DNA of 64,000 nucleotides from Octopus vulgaris (Eukaryota): NCBI GenBank assembly GCA_951406725.2, contig OX597824.1, positions 30,256,001 to 30,320,000 of the forward strand, read 5' to 3'. Shown piece by piece: positions 1 to 13,160 of this stretch (position 1 is its first letter; each line of letters starts with the position of its first letter). The notes under the pieces were generated by a model. It saw only the letters and a program-made list of their open reading frames with translations, ran no database searches and was not told where the DNA came from. The position numbers and the translations under genes were made by a program.

Positions 1-129
1 GCGTGATTTGAACCCTGAACGTAAAGAGTAGTGACAGTTACAAAACATTTTTATCTGACGCTCTAACTTTTCTACCAGTTCGCCGTTAGTCTATCAGCTA
101 ATAATAAAATCAAAAATTTTGATACTCAC

Positions 130-266
130 CGAACAGGCTCCTTTTATGCCAAAATTAACGCAGATATGAAGTGGTGGACGAATGGTTCCGTACCAAAGAT
201 TCTGACAAAAATTTGGGTTCAAAAGGGTCACGTTCAACTCACGCAGTCGTCGGTTGCTTCCTGTAC
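130..266 (-). CDS. Serine protease gene 1, exon 5 (TGSNRRLRELNVTLLNPNFCQNLWYGTIRPPLHICVNFGIKGACS); final GDSGGP exon lies before position 1
   Basis: tttttaag acceptor and gtgag donor; 137 nt, phase 1 to 0; ends in ICV...GACS, the motif just upstream of the catalytic Ser; homologous to exon 22568-22701. Confidence 0.9.
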
Positions 267-1030
267 CTTAAAAACAAAACAAGAATAGTTTTTCTTTCAA
301 TAAAATATTATTAATATAAGGACACAGGGAAAAATGTGTCAAAGCCATCAGTAGGCGTCGATGCTTCCTAGGGCTATACAGCGGTGGTGTACTGTCACGT
401 TCGTGTTAGATTGACAGTATACAACCATTCTATCGCCCCACCACCGTACATGTCTCTACGAGAGATTTAGAAATTTAGTATTTCTTATTATTAATTACTT
501 AATAATTAAAAGAGCTGATGGATAGCTGAATCCGTAATACGTCAGGAAAAACGACAAAATCCAAAGCCCGCAAAGGTCAACTCTGCTTGTCATTTTGTCA
601 GTAGCCAAACACTAGCACTCAGTCGGTCGGTACGACAGCGTGTGTGCCAGTTAATCCGATCAACAGAACAGCTTGCTTGTGGAATCTATGTGCAAGTGGT
701 TGAGCACACCACAGACGTGTTATCGTTTAATGTAATTCTCAGGGAGAAACAGCATAACACAGAATGTGACAAGGCTGGCCCTTTGAATAATAGGTACAAT
801 TCCAGCTGAGTGGGCTGGAGCAATATGTGTGTGTATAAATGTATGTATATGTATATATATATGTATGTATATATAAATGTAAGTATATATAAATATATAT
901 GAATAAATATATGTATGCAGGTATATATATGTGTATATTATGTGTACATATTACATATACATACATATATGTACACATATATGTACACATATATACATGC
1001 ATGCATATATTTGTACATATATATATATAC

Positions 1031-1094
<64 letters not shown>

Positions 1095-1103
1095 GTACAA
1101 ATA

Positions 1104-1175
<72 letters not shown>

Positions 1176-1272
1176 GTTAATCCAAACAAGAAAGCACAAA
1201 AAACACAACGACGCGAGGACGTGGAACAAATATAGTATTATTGGACGCTCAAGAAAGAAGAAAAGAAGGAGG

Positions 1273-1307
1273 GTTTAACGTTTCGAGCGGAGCTCTTCGT
1301 CGGAAAC
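1273..1307 (-). ncRNA. Candidate minimal type-I hammerhead ribozyme (U4C core variant) in a dispersed repeat
   Basis: GTTT-CCGACGA-A-GAGC-TCC-GCTC-GAAAC-GTT-AAAC: stems I and II pair, palindromic loopless stem III. Confidence 0.5.
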
Positions 1308-1452
1308 ATAGGAGAAGGGAAGACAGAGGGAAAAAAATCGCCCAGAGAAGGGAAGACAGAGGAAAAAACCGAGTAAGCACATAAATGTGAAACAAGGTAG
1401 AAAAAAGAGAACTCAAATACCAGAGGTAGAGTAATATACTTATTTAATAAAG

Positions 1453-1484
<32 letters not shown>

Positions 1485-1518
1485 TATACATCTATATGTA
1501 TATATATGTGCAGATGTA

Positions 1519-1574
<56 letters not shown>

Positions 1575-1649
1575 ATAAATGCGCCCTTTTAAAGCCTAGC
1601 CAGGCTTATGGGCCCGGTTTCTATGGCGTATGTGTTCCCTAGCTGGTCG

Positions 1650-1820
1650 GGACGCCAGTCCATCGCAGCGTTACTCATTTTTTGCTAGCTGAGTGGACCG
1701 GAGCAACGTGTAATGAAGAATTTGCTCAAGAACACGACGCGTCGCCCGGTCCAGGAATCGAAACCACTATCTTACAATCATGATGCTGACACCCTAACCA
1801 CTAAGCCACGCGCCTCCACC
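1650..1820 (-). mobile_element. Third tRNA-derived SINE (head region)
   Basis: On minus: GGAGGCGCGTGGCTTAGTGGTTAGGGTG...GGTTTCGATTCC (A and B boxes); related copy near 12135-12260 on plus. Confidence 0.65.
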
Positions 1821-2296
1821 ATACATATATATATATATATACAAAATATATATCATATATATGTATGCATGTATATACGCATGTATACCTGTATAAATGT
1901 GAGATAATAGTTTCACTTTAATAATAGTTTCAATATTAAAGTGAAAGTATCTGACATTACAATAGAGAAATGTTATCATTTCACTGTTGACACGTAATAC
2001 TGAAATAGAGGAGGATATAAGAGATTGCTCTGGGCTCGCTTTAGGCAAAAAGTTGAACTTTTTTGGCCCATGACACTACCTGCACCCTAAGTAAGGCATG
2101 TGTAAAATTTGAATGAAATCGGTTGTATAATTCATGAGTTTTAGAGATTCACACAGACAGACAGACACACATTCTTATCTTTATATAGAGAGCTAAATGT
2201 ATGTATATACACACATATACACACATACACATAAATATACGTGCATATATACATACATACATACATACACATATACACATATATACATATATATAT

Positions 2297-2403
<107 letters not shown>

Positions 2404-2955
2404 AGACACTTGCTGATAACCTAATCAGTAAACCAAGTGCTGACATCAAATCAATATGGTTGTTCCATTACTAAAAATTAAATATTAATAATCTTTAAAT
2501 TGCAACAATAACTAAATATGCACCAGTGGACAAATGGATAAGAAGGTTATTAGTCTTAGCTTAGATAACAAAGAATTCATATATTGAACTCATTTTACGA
2601 TATTACGCACATATTCCAAAAATAAACCCTCGAGAATTATCGGAAGGCAAACCGTCAGAAACTTAGTGTAAATGAAGAAAAAATGTTCACATATAACGAT
2701 AAGGTTAGTTGTCTGAAATATTATAATCTTCTTAATAATAACTTATCTCAAACATTTATACATTTAATTCGAAATACATTATTACATATCAATATATGGC
2801 GATACAAAAGCAGAAACGTTAGTTCTGAACCTTGACTTATGTAGTTATGTCCCTTCATGTTCGAGTTTAAATTCCCCAACGAAGTCGACTTTGCCATTTA
2901 TCGATACTAATTACCAGCCATTCATTGATGTAGAGTTGAATCGACTACATTCCCC

Positions 2956-3052
<97 letters not shown>

Positions 3053-3305
3053 TCTATGGCATAGTGCCAACTTAAGAATATCAGATATTTAATTATTAAG
3101 TAGTGAATATAGTAAAGCAAGTTTGCTAAACATTCTGCGTTAGAACGAAAGGTTCCTAGATCAGTTTTGTTGAGTCGTGTGCATGAAATTAAAGCAACGA
3201 GCTGGCACAATCGTTAGCATGTCGGACAAAATGTTTAACAGCATTTCTTCTTGTTCTCTATGTCTTGAGTTCAAATCCCGCCAAAGTCAACTTTACTTTT
3301 CATCC

Positions 3306-3786
3306 TGTAGCAAGAATATTCAGCAATCAACCGATGTCGCGATTCGCTAGAATATTACCAATGTGGTCAACAAAATCACGATTTCGTGTGGAATAGGATC
3401 CAGCGACAATTTCAACCTTTAGCGCGATCCTTTCTGAGCCCGTCAATCAGTATAAAATTGACACATCGCAACTACCAGAGAACTTTGGACTGTAGCAGAG
3501 AGAGCATGGGAGACAATAAAGACGACACGGTAGAATGACGGCAAATATCCATAGGCAGCAGCTGAACCGAGCTGACATCAACATAATGAACTTTGAACTC
3601 TGTTACAATTACACCAAGGACAATAACATCCAAACTCTCTCAACATTTGTCATTCGTTATAACAACAGTGTTTGACTTTTGCTTGTGTATGTAAAGAATA
3701 AAATTCCACAGATTTCGTTGACTTTTTCTGTGCATAACTGTTGACCTCCTACGCTAGATACAGCAGCTAGGACCAGCCCTAGTACA
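3306..3786 (+). mobile_element. Probable solo LTR inserted into a Meta-type SINE
   Basis: TGTAG...GTACA ends, ATCC/ACCC flanks, internal TATAAAA and AATAAA; interrupts a contiguous SINE motif (ttcatcc|tttcggg). Confidence 0.65.
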
Positions 3787-4509
3787 ACCCTTTCGGGATT
3801 GGTAAAATAAAGTGCCAGTGAAGTACTGGAGTCCATGTAATCTATTTGTTCCTTCCCTCAAAAAATTGCTGGCCCTGAGCATTGCGACTCACTGGTATCC
3901 CGCTCAGAAATAATGTTGTGACCTCGGTCATTTATACTATGGAAACCTGGTAACAGACCTTATGAGACCTAGGACTCAAGAAAAATACAAAAAGAAAAAC
4001 ATGAAATTAGAAACCCCCGAGAAAAATGTTTTCGGCTTCACAAATTAAATATAAAAATGTGAAAGTCAGGTCTAAAATAATACAAGAATTTCCAGCTCAA
4101 TTTCTCCTTCTCCATCCATTCCAAACAATGATAAAGCATGATAAATGTTATCCATCAGCCGGCCTCTAGCAAACTTTTTCTCTTCTTCCAACCGACTCAA
4201 TCTTCTCCATCACCACCACAATAACAACGATAACAACTGCTATCACCTCTACGACTACAATCACCACCATCGCCTTACCAAGGTGTCAGGTGATGCTTGT
4301 GAGGGTACTTGGCTGTTCCAACATCTTAGCCACACCATCGCCCGTGGTACTGCCGCGTGCGTGAATCTTCTGGTGTCCGACCAAGTAAAACAGTGTTGAA
4401 TAGATGTGCTCTTTCTTTTTTCTATCTCTTATATTCTTTCTTCGCTTAGATTTGGATCTGTATTTTAACGTGGTTTTGTATTACATATGTATCATATATT
4501 CTTTTTTTT

Positions 4510-4902
4510 TTCTTTTATTTGTTTCAGTCATTTGACTGCGGCCATGCTGGAGCACCGCCTTTAGTCGAGCATATCGACCCCAGGACTTATTCTTTGTAAG
4601 CCTAGTACTTATTCTATCGGTCTCTTTTGCCGAACTGCTAAGTTACAGGGACATAAACACACCAGTGTCGGTTGTCAAGCGATGTTGGGGAAACAAACAC
4701 AGACACACAAACACACACACACACACACACATATATACGATGGGTTTCTTTCAGTTTCCGTCTACCAAATCCACTCGCAAGGCTTTAGTCGGCTCGAGGC
4801 TATAGCAGAAGACACTTACCCAAGGTGCCATGCATTGGGACTGAACCCAGAACCATGTAGTTGGTAAGCAAGCTACTTACCACACAGCAACTCCTGCGCC
4901 TA
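4510..4902 (-). mobile_element. tRNA-derived CORE-type SINE (family A)
   Basis: tRNA head GGCGCAGGAG...GGTTCAGTCCC, CORE-like CACCTTGGG(C/T)AAGTG, internal microsatellite; at least 12 copies in the window. Confidence 0.85.
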
Positions 4903-5029
4903 TATGTGTTACATATGCAATTATTATCTTTATTTTATTGGTATTATATTTATTTTATTGATAATAAAAACAGTTCCAATAAATAATGAACCAAAAATCT
5001 TATGACCTGCAATGTGAAGAACATCTTAC

Positions 5030-5195
5030 CTCTGGTTGCACCCCATCCACTAATCCAACATTCGTCGTTAGCATAACTGTCAGATTGAGATGGAAGACAG
5101 ACCGGTCTTACATAATCTGTATATTTGATTGGAGTCGTCAACTGAGCCAAAGCAACATCGTTGGGATAATTTCCGCCTGGACTGAAATAGGGGTG
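5030..5195 (-). CDS. Serine protease gene 1, exon 4 (HPYFSPGGNYPNDVALAQL...PVCLP...CWISGWGATR)
   Basis: Catalytic Asp motif NDVAL, plus PVCLP and CWISGWG; 166 nt, phase 0 to 1; gtaag donor. Confidence 0.93.
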
Positions 5196-5472
5196 CTTTC
5201 GTTTTGAGTTTTGGTTAAACGAAACGAAGATGTCGAAAAGGAAAAAACGGAAGAAAGAAAGAAAAAAGTTAAACGAAATATCAGAAAAAAACAAAGAAAG
5301 AAAAGAAAAGGAAAAAGAGACAGAGAGAAAATTGAAGATTACATTTTAAAAAGGAGTGAAGTCTGGTTTATGAATATAGTACAATGACAAAAATGTTGAT
5401 AGTAGGGAGAAAGGCAGTCATATCATCAGAAATGGGAATGAAATATGTATGTGTATAAGTTTGCCTGCGTCT

Positions 5473-5504
<32 letters not shown>

Positions 5505-5527
5505 GTACGTATGGATATATACACACG

Positions 5528-5617
<90 letters not shown>

Positions 5618-5733
5618 CACCACCATCACCATGACCGACCAGGTTATCAGATGTTGCTACACATCGCTGGTCACAATACGCTTCGCATTGTTTTAGCCTT
5701 CAAATGATGCCACCCCGCTGGCTAGGCGAGCAG

Positions 5734-5800
<67 letters not shown>

Positions 5801-6659
5801 TGTTTTCACAGCTATATTGCGCTTGAAATATCACTTTCTTGTCTGTAAAATACGAAGCGCATTCGATGCTTCCATATAAAAGTTCGTTTACTAAATGTTG
5901 TTGTATTCCAATAGCTATAATATTTAGCTTTTAATTTTATGGATATTGTTGTTAGTGGGCACTTTAGCTTAATGGTAGGGTAATCAGCCGGTATCTGAGA
6001 TGAGTGGGTTCGTGCCCCGTAGCTGTCAGCTGACAACTTTTTCTATCTTATGAAGAGGTAAAATACCAAATCTTTCTGCTGTTTTCACGGCCATACTGCG
6101 TTCGAAATATCACTTTCTTGTTTGTTATATATATATATATATATATATATTAATTAAGTTAATCTTTATATCCAACTTAACATGGATATCTTCTTAGAGA
6201 CCCAAATATTGCGCTATTAGCCTTGAAATATCCTCTATTATGGGTGCCTGGTGCATAAACGCACACACAAGGATCGTAGTAGATCTGTCACAGGCGCCGG
6301 AATTCCCATATCACTTAATTTCGGTCTACTGGACCTCATCAGTGAGAAGCACCGGTCACCACATGCCAGTCAAATCTCGCTGCCACGAACACCAGCATCT
6401 TTTTTTATGCTAATGTCTCAAATAACCTGAAGACTTAGCAAAAATAATTAGAGACGGAAGCAGAATTACTATACATTCACACACACACACACACACATAT
6501 ACATGTATCCATATATATACATGTGTGCGAGTGCATATTTACTGTACATGTGCTTCGATTATATGTTTATGTGAGGGTGTTGTATCGTTTCACTTAGTAT
6601 ATTTAGTTTCCATTGGTTCAACACGAAATGTGTATTGAGCACTCTTTATTTTATTCGTT

Positions 6660-6712
<53 letters not shown>

Positions 6713-6779
6713 TTTCTCTCTCCCTCTTTCTCTCTCCCTCTTTCTCTCTCCCTCTTCCTCTCTCTCTCACACATATTTA

Positions 6780-6810
<31 letters not shown>

Positions 6811-7040
6811 GAATATAAACACGCTGTGGTCTCTCCATATACACATACTGTAGACGACGGATGGCGGTTTTGCAATTTCTCCATGAACAACCTGCACAAA
6901 TGTTCGTGCTGCACACAAGCTCACCCTCTCCGTCAAATCGACGTTGCCTGTACAGGTGCATCGCGTACCACATGTCAGTGTCTTGGGGAAGTTTCGAACC
7001 TGGGTTCTCGTTCCTAAGGTATTTTTCGATGTTGTTGCTG

Positions 7041-7119
<79 letters not shown>

Positions 7120-7124
7120 CATCA

Positions 7125-7345
7125 TTCAGTAGTTTTATTTTTATAGCGTGCTTTCACTTCGCTACCGAGCGCAGCTCTGTGTGCCTTAGGTATGTGCTGT
7201 GATTTGTTGTGATGCTCTGATGGTTATTGTATGGAAAGTGTTCTGCGTAGGATGTGTGCAGTGCCTAGTAGTGCAATTTTCTGTATGTTATATGTGTTTG
7301 TAAGTCCTGGTGTTTTTGTTATGTATTTGTCTGAATATTTTTTAA
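7125..7345 (-). mobile_element. 3' end of an R4/Dong-like RLE LINE
   Basis: C-terminal IQKIALLGTAHILRR motif; flanked on both sides by (TTA)n. Confidence 0.6.
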
Positions 7346-7351
7346 TTTTTA

Positions 7352-7397
<46 letters not shown>

Positions 7398-7516
7398 TAG
7401 GTCACTGTCTGGAATTGAACTCGGAAATCTTGGGGTTAGTCGCCCGCGCTCTTTACCACTACGCCATATGCCCGTGGGCATATGTATGTGCATGTATGAA
7501 TGTACACATGAATGCG

Positions 7517-7584
<68 letters not shown>

Positions 7585-7615
7585 AAGGCAAACTTGGTAA
7601 AAAGCAAAATCTCAC

Positions 7616-7712
7616 CACGAAAGTTCGAGAAATTGAGCGATACTGTTCATGTCCTGATCTCCATCCAAAGTCATATTCTCCAAAAACTGCAGTGAGTTTA
7701 CTGGCTGCCGTT
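7616..7712 (-). CDS. Serine protease gene 1, exon 3 (TAASKLTAVFGEYDFGWRSGHEQYRSISRTFV)
   Basis: ccttacag acceptor, gtgag donor; 97 nt, phase 2 to 0; same length and phases as paralogous exon 30157-30253. Confidence 0.88.
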
Positions 7713-8559
7713 CTGTAAGGAAAAATACCGAGAGAGAGAAAGAGAGTAAGATTCGATATCAGCACTTTAATACACCTATCACATCAATTATATTCGTTAC
7801 TGTAATACAATTAAGTCTGATTCTACGCTATTATCCTAATGATGAATGATTTAGATGCAATGCTACGTATGGGCAACAGGGAGTGGTGCGATAAATAAAG
7901 TATTCCATATATCTATATGCTCATTATTTTTAATGACTCAATAGAGATGAATGTCAAATTCAAGAATGATGGAATTGAAACTCAAAAGGCAAAATTAGTT
8001 AAATACTGCGTGATATTTGATTCGATACATTATTTACAATTGACGGATATTTGTCCTCATCTTGTTTATTGTTAACAAAACGTTTCGGCTGATATACCCT
8101 CCAGCTTTCATCAGCTGAAACGTTTTTCACAACAAACAAGATGAGGACAAATACCCGTCAATTGTAAATAATGTAAATAATGTACATAATTCCTCATCTC
8201 ATAAATATAGAACTGTATTTGATTCGATGTTCTACTTTTTCAGCAACTCAACGAGGGTGGGCTAAAATGTTCACAGGTCGACTATGGAGGAGTAATGCTA
8301 GAGCTGTGAAATCTTGCATGCGTTAATTTCAATATTACTTATTAAAAACTGCACTGTTGTTTCTTTTCTGGTAAATTGACATCAACCTGTTCAAAGAAGA
8401 CTTCACGGGTAACTAGTAACGACTTCTCTTGAAAATGGACAAAATTTGGCATCGTAGTGTTATTAAGTACCTGTAGAAAAAGGGTTTGGTCCCCAAGGTC
8501 ATTCATGCTGGCATGAATACTACATTAGGGGATGATGCTCCAACTTTATCAACAGTGCG

Positions 8560-8950
8560 TAGGCGTAGGAGTGGCTGTATGGTAAGTAGCTTGCTTAACA
8601 ACCACGTGGTTCCGGGTCCAACTATGTGGCACCTTGGGCAAGTGTCTTCTACTATAGCCTCGGGCCAACCAAAGCCTTGTGAGTGGATTTGGCAGACGGA
8701 AACTGAAAGAAGCCCATCGTTTATATATGTATATATATATATATATGTATGTGTGTGTATATGTTTATATGTCTGTGTTTGTCTCCCCAACATCACTTGA
8801 CAACCGATGCTGGTGTGTTTACGTCCCCGTAACTTAGCGGTTCGGCAAAAAGAAACCGATAGAATAAGTACTCGGCTTACATTACAAAGAATAAGTACTG
8901 GTGTCGATTTTCTCGACTAAAGGCGGTGCTCCAGCATGGCCACAGTCTAT
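8560..8950 (+). mobile_element. SINE family A copy
   Basis: Collinear with 4510-4902, with a short internal deletion in the head. Confidence 0.85.
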
Positions 8951-9024
8951 GGGCATTTCTACGCCGCCTGAAACAAAAATCATTAAAAAATTTCCTGTAA
9001 ACATAATGAGCAACTATTTACTCA

Positions 9025-9213
<189 letters not shown>

Positions 9214-10387
9214 TTATACAAGATACTAATGAAGAGATCGTTAATGACTACGTAGGCTCTTTACTTAGATTTATAAGACTATTACATCAATAAAAACTAT
9301 TGCCTTTGGATTCGTTTGTGCAGTATTTATTTATTTCTGGCAATGACGTCTGTTCATATTCATCTAGGTAATGTGTTAGCCGAAGTTTAGTGATATAGAC
9401 TAAAAACAATTTCTCTTTGAAATCCAGTATAGGAAACTAAGGCAGTACTAAACTGAAAGCTATCTATGTATCATACTTAAAGTAGACACGCTGTCGTGTA
9501 TATTCCGTTGAAAACGTCCGAAAAGGCCGAAATGCATCTGGCGTTTTTGCTGGCCACTGTTGATACAGATTTCTGTCTTCCTCTGATATTTGTGTTTCTT
9601 AACATAGTACGTTCATGAGAGATGGGCAAATACCGCAGTAATTGGTATATCGACGGTGTATCTACATTATGTATGATACACAGATGTCTAGTTTCTCTTG
9701 AATAAAGGAATATTAAAAAGGTACTTTAACTAAACAACTTGGGACTAAAATCACATATAAGAAGAATATTGTTGTTTTATGATCACTATATCCGAAGGAA
9801 ATTATCTCCAACCAAAAATCGAAACTAGCAAGTGACACAGTGAACCGAAAATCGTATTTTTTGCTTTATAGTACTCATCACGTGGTTTTAAAAAAATTTT
9901 CTTCAGCTCTAAGACTCATATAAGACCAGTTATTTTGTGTCCATAGTGTGTAAGTGACCAAGATCACAACATTCCTTCTGAATAAGTCGCCGATCCGTTG
10001 CCCGGTTCAAGACCAAGGGATTATGAGTGGGGAGGATAAATCAATTACATCGACATCAGTGCTTGGCGGGTACTTCATTTTATTGATCATGAAGGGATAA
10101 AAAGCAAAAATGAGCTCGGTTGATGTGAACTCAGAACGTAAAGAAATACTGCTAACGATTTGTTAGCTCGTCGCCTTCATTGTATGTATTAATCCTGTAG
10201 GGAAACACACTAAACCACACAGGAGCCATAAATATCATCGAAGTGTCAAAAAGATAGGATTGTTCAGCAGAATGTAATTAAGAATAAGTATAGAGGCAAA
10301 TTAGTATGAAAAATAATGACAATCTTCTCTGTACTGTTCCAATTTTTACAATATGTGTAGCCGAAGTTATAATGGTAATGATAATCC

Positions 10388-10850
10388 TTAAGGCGGCGAG
10401 CTGGCAGAAACATAAGCGCGCCGGGCGAAATGCTTAGCGGTAATTCGTCTGTCGTTACGTTCTGAGTTCAAATTCCGCCGAGGTCGACTTTGCCTTTCAT
10501 CCTTTCGGGGTCGATTAAATAAGTACCAGTTACGTACTGGAGTCGATGTAATCGACTTAATCCCTTTGTCTGTCCTTGTTTGTCCTCTCTGTGTTTAGCC
10601 CCTTGTGGGTAGTAAAGAAATAGGTAATGATAATCCTTTCTGCTAAAGCATAAGGCCTGAAATTTGGCGGGTAGGGGACTAGTCGATTAAATCGACTCCA
10701 GTGTTTCACTGATACTTAATTTATCGACCCCGAAAGGATGAAAAGGAAAGTCGACCTCGGTGGAATTTGAACTCAGAGCATAAAAGACAGAAGAAATGCC
10801 GCTAAGCATTTTGCCCGTCGTGTTAACGATTCTGCCAGCTCACCGCCTTC
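10388..10850. mobile_element. Two Meta-type SINEs (family B) in inverted orientation
   Basis: AAGGCGGCGAGCTGGCAGAA head and GTCGACTTTGCCTTTCATCCTTTCGGGGTCGAT core on plus (10388-10625) then on minus (10630-10850). Confidence 0.85.
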
Positions 10851-10905
10851 AACAACAACAATAACAACAACCACCACCACCACCACAACAACAAAAATTA
10901 CAATA

Positions 10906-10984
<79 letters not shown>

Positions 10985-11016
10985 TGATGATGATAAAGAT
11001 GATGATGATAATAATG

Positions 11017-11097
<81 letters not shown>
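10850..11097. repeat. Compound (CAA)/(TAA)/(TGA)n microsatellite
   Basis: Directly visible. Confidence 0.9.
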
Positions 11098-11299
11098 ATA
11101 TTAATGGTTTCTAATGGGTACAAGGCCAGCAATTTTGACCTGTACTTTATTTTATTAATCCTGAAGAAGAGAGCATCCTAGTGGGACTCTGCTAACCTTC
11201 GTTCTTTTTAACGACATCAAAAAGCCTTAAATTCTATTCATATCGAGAAAACATCATTGCGCCACCCACTTTCTCGTCATGGGTGGCGCTCAACTAGAG

Positions 11300-11830
11300 C
11301 CCTCACAATCGTTCTAAAAGCTGAGCCTCACTATTGTAGAGGATGACGGCTGATGAAAGCAAATTCTTGCAAAGCTAAGACCGCATCTCGAAGACTAGCT
11401 CTTCTTTTTAGAGACAGGAAATATTCGATCTCCCAACAGCTGCTGGTACTTCACAGGGCACAAGTGATATACACGTTGGAATACTGCACTCACATCTGGG
11501 ATGGGACTGCTGCTACGCAAACAAACATCTTAAGTCGCATCCGGAGGAGGACCTCTCGGCGGATTGGAATCTAATTACTAACAGACACATCTACTCTCTG
11601 GCCCACAGGTATACTGTCTCTTCTATCTCTTCTACAACGGTTACAGCTCCACAAAACTGGCTGATTTCGTACCTCCACGACTCGGGTGCCCCCAACACAC
11701 CCGTGTCTCCACCTCTCGTCACCTTTGATAAATCCACCTCGTCATCTTTCTCCGCACTAATCCCTATTCTCAATCCTTCTGCCTTGTCAACTCTTCTGGA
11801 ATAACCACCTTATTCATGTCTTTTCTGCAG
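11300..11830 (+). mobile_element. Degenerate CR1/Jockey-like LINE 3' fragment
   Basis: LHRAQV...LEYCTHIW resembles the LYKAQVRPxLEYCSHIW C-terminal RT motif. Confidence 0.55.
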
Positions 11831-11870
11831 GTGTTGGCTCTTTCACACACAGACACACACACACACACAT

Positions 11871-11901
<31 letters not shown>

Positions 11902-12761
11902 AACACACACACATACACACACACTCACGCGCGCACACACCAAGAAAAATAGTAAGTTCGATCACTTAATAATTTGAACTTAGAGACTCAACTAAAAACC
12001 GTCAGGCATCAAATTACAATAATAAAACTTTCTTACATTGGAATCGAACCCTGAATTAAAACAGAACAGTGTTGCCAATTCAATCAGCATTCAATATTTT
12101 ACCGGTACTCGTTTTATCAGTTCCGAAAGTATGAACTCAGCGCGTGGCCTGGTGTTTAGGATGTAACACTCACAATCGCAAGAACATGGTTTCAATTCCT
12201 GAACCGGGTGGTGCGTGGTATTTCTAAGTAAAACACTTTATTTCAGGCTGCTGAGTGGCCCTGAGAAGGACTGACCATTCAGATCAGGATGAGTTTTGTG
12301 ATATCGGTCGCTTATACGACATGGAAACCGGGTAACCGATCCTAGGATTCGAGACAGTGATGTCCAGGAGTTGATAATGATATTGACAGTATGAACTCAG
12401 GACGTTAAATGAAGCGTATCCATTTGCCGAAAAATATTTAGTCTGACGCTCGACTGACTTTCACACGATATTATCTCATAACAAAAACAACACCAAATAC
12501 GACATTATTACAAAACCATTTCACTATCATATTTCACGATATTATTGCTTTCAAATTTTGGCACAAGGCCATCAATGTGGGGGCTGGAGTGGATAAGTCG
12601 ATTACATCGACCCCAGTACTCAACTGATACTTGTTTTTATCGACCCCGAAAGGATGAAATGCAGTGAAGACAGATGATTTTCACGATATTATTGAAACGG
12701 ATAAATAAATAACACAGAAAACAAGTCATAATCATATGAACTTTGAATGAAACCAAACTCA

Positions 12762-12826
<65 letters not shown>

Positions 12827-12872
12827 ACCTATGTTCTTTTCCTTCTGTTCGTCTTAATAGCTGTCAACTTAC

Positions 12873-13095
12873 CTTGTGTAGCATGCTGGTTGTATCTCAG
12901 ACATTGCACTCTGTTGTAACGATTCCGTTGTCTGTAACAGTAACGATACATTTCACACTGTCCTCTCTTTGCAGAATCCGTTCGGCAAATGTAACAGCCA
13001 TAGCTATATCGGCACACCCTTCGAGCCTCGATTTGGACGATTGACATTAAATATATAATGCAAATGAATAAATTCAGCAGATATTTAGGATCCAT
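12873..13095 (-). CDS. Serine protease gene 1, exon 1: signal peptide plus basic 6-Cys domain
   Basis: ATG, hydrophobic stretch ending IEA, six Cys; gtaag donor in phase 1 joins exon 2 in frame (G+AT=Asp); mirrors exon 1 of the paralogue. Confidence 0.8.
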
Positions 13096-13128
13096 GTTAG
13101 AAATAATTGTTTAACTGTACAATATCTA

Positions 13129-13160
13129 TGAATATTAAATATTTACGGCAGTTTCTTATA
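13129..13160 (-). promoter_or_regulatory. Putative core promoter of protease gene 1 (TATA-like box plus Inr-like TCA)
   Basis: TATAAGAA at 13160-13153, TCA about 31 nt downstream, TATA 65 nt upstream of the ATG. Confidence 0.45.

Noticed and set aside
739-1235. ORFs of [20 protein letters not shown] or poly-I type here and throughout the track
   Set aside because: Translations of stop-free microsatellites in several frames; no splice or domain support
4262-4400. GC-richer block with a GTAAG donor-like site as an extra protease exon
   Set aside because: No protease motifs, and exons 5030-5195 and 130-266 already join in phase with sizes matching the paralogue
4860-4902. tRNA-like A/B boxes as tRNA genes
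   Set aside because: They are the heads of multi-copy SINEs, without a complete cloverleaf
9512-9548. Hammerhead-like CCGAAAA-GGCC-GAAATGCATC (also 17733-17780)
   Set aside because: Core and stem II too degenerate to distinguish from chance
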